IMG/VR virus record: IMGVR_UViG_3300045988_044010
Source of the DNA: a virus
Length of the DNA stretch: 64,000 bases
Strand: one strand, 5' to 3'
Part shown: in pieces, positions 63,840-64,000 of the stretch
How positions within the stretch are numbered: the stretch's first letter is position 1
Layout of the letters: each line of letters opens with the position of its first letter
Made by a program: the position numbers and the translations under genes
The notes under the pieces: model-generated
Told to the model about the DNA's origin: nothing
The model's input: the letters and a program-made list of their open reading frames with translations, nothing else
The model's database searches: none

Positions 63840-64000
63840 ATGGCAGCAAATATGTACGATCAAGCCGCATAGGCTTAGTTTATTAATACTTATGCTCCAA
63901 TTAATTTTGGAGAATTGTTTAGAATTGGTGCAGCGCAGAAAGAAGAAATGGATAGAGCTGCCCAACAATTTGGAGCATAGTTATAGAAGTTTGGAGAATT
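63840..64000 (+). CDS. hypothetical protein, 5' end only (4 in-frame TAG already)
   Basis: MAANMYDQAA-TAG-A-TAG-FINTYAPINFGELFRIGAAQKEEMDRAAQQFGA-TAG-L-TAG-KFGEF, running off the window. Confidence 0.5.

Overview
This window reads as a Crassvirales-like (crAss-type) Bacteroidota phage segment. All calls come from reading the sequence and recognising motifs; no searches were run.

**Three blocks**
- **1-13.6 kb, minus strand.** Small early-type genes in the standard code; 6 of about 25 end in a genuine TAG stop. By hand count about 28% is non-coding and highly structured.
- **13.99-17.1 kb, plus strand.** Small genes with no in-frame TAG.
- **17.1-64 kb, plus strand.** A very compact late/structural module in which TAG is a sense codon. 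I count roughly 150 in-frame TAGs, and no gene there ends in TAG.

Reading through TAG fuses the fragmented ORF track into whole genes:
- TerL 20210..22264
- portal 22267..24777
- probable MCP 29268..30737
- two giant collagen-like fibres, 35528..40981 and 42183..47024
- a 1388-aa tail protein 57483..61649

**Most notable items**
1. A tmRNA-like gene at 3961-4319 (minus strand) whose 3' tRNA-like half lies upstream of its 5' half. This is the circularly permuted, two-piece layout.
2. An amber-suppressor tRNA with anticodon CUA at 19759-19834.
3. A complete DGR: target 48131..49399, VR 49283-49383, TR 49441-49541, RT 49663..50685. It shows 24 adenine-specific TR-to-VR differences.
4. A homologue of the ribosomal protein bL12 C-terminal domain (9983..10378).
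5. An ECF sigma factor next to a membrane protein.
6. Three homing-endonuclease-type genes: two GIY-YIG and one HNH-like.
7. A 1.2-kb ORF-free stretch (10379-11561) built from stem-closed modules, plus several repeated hairpin families.
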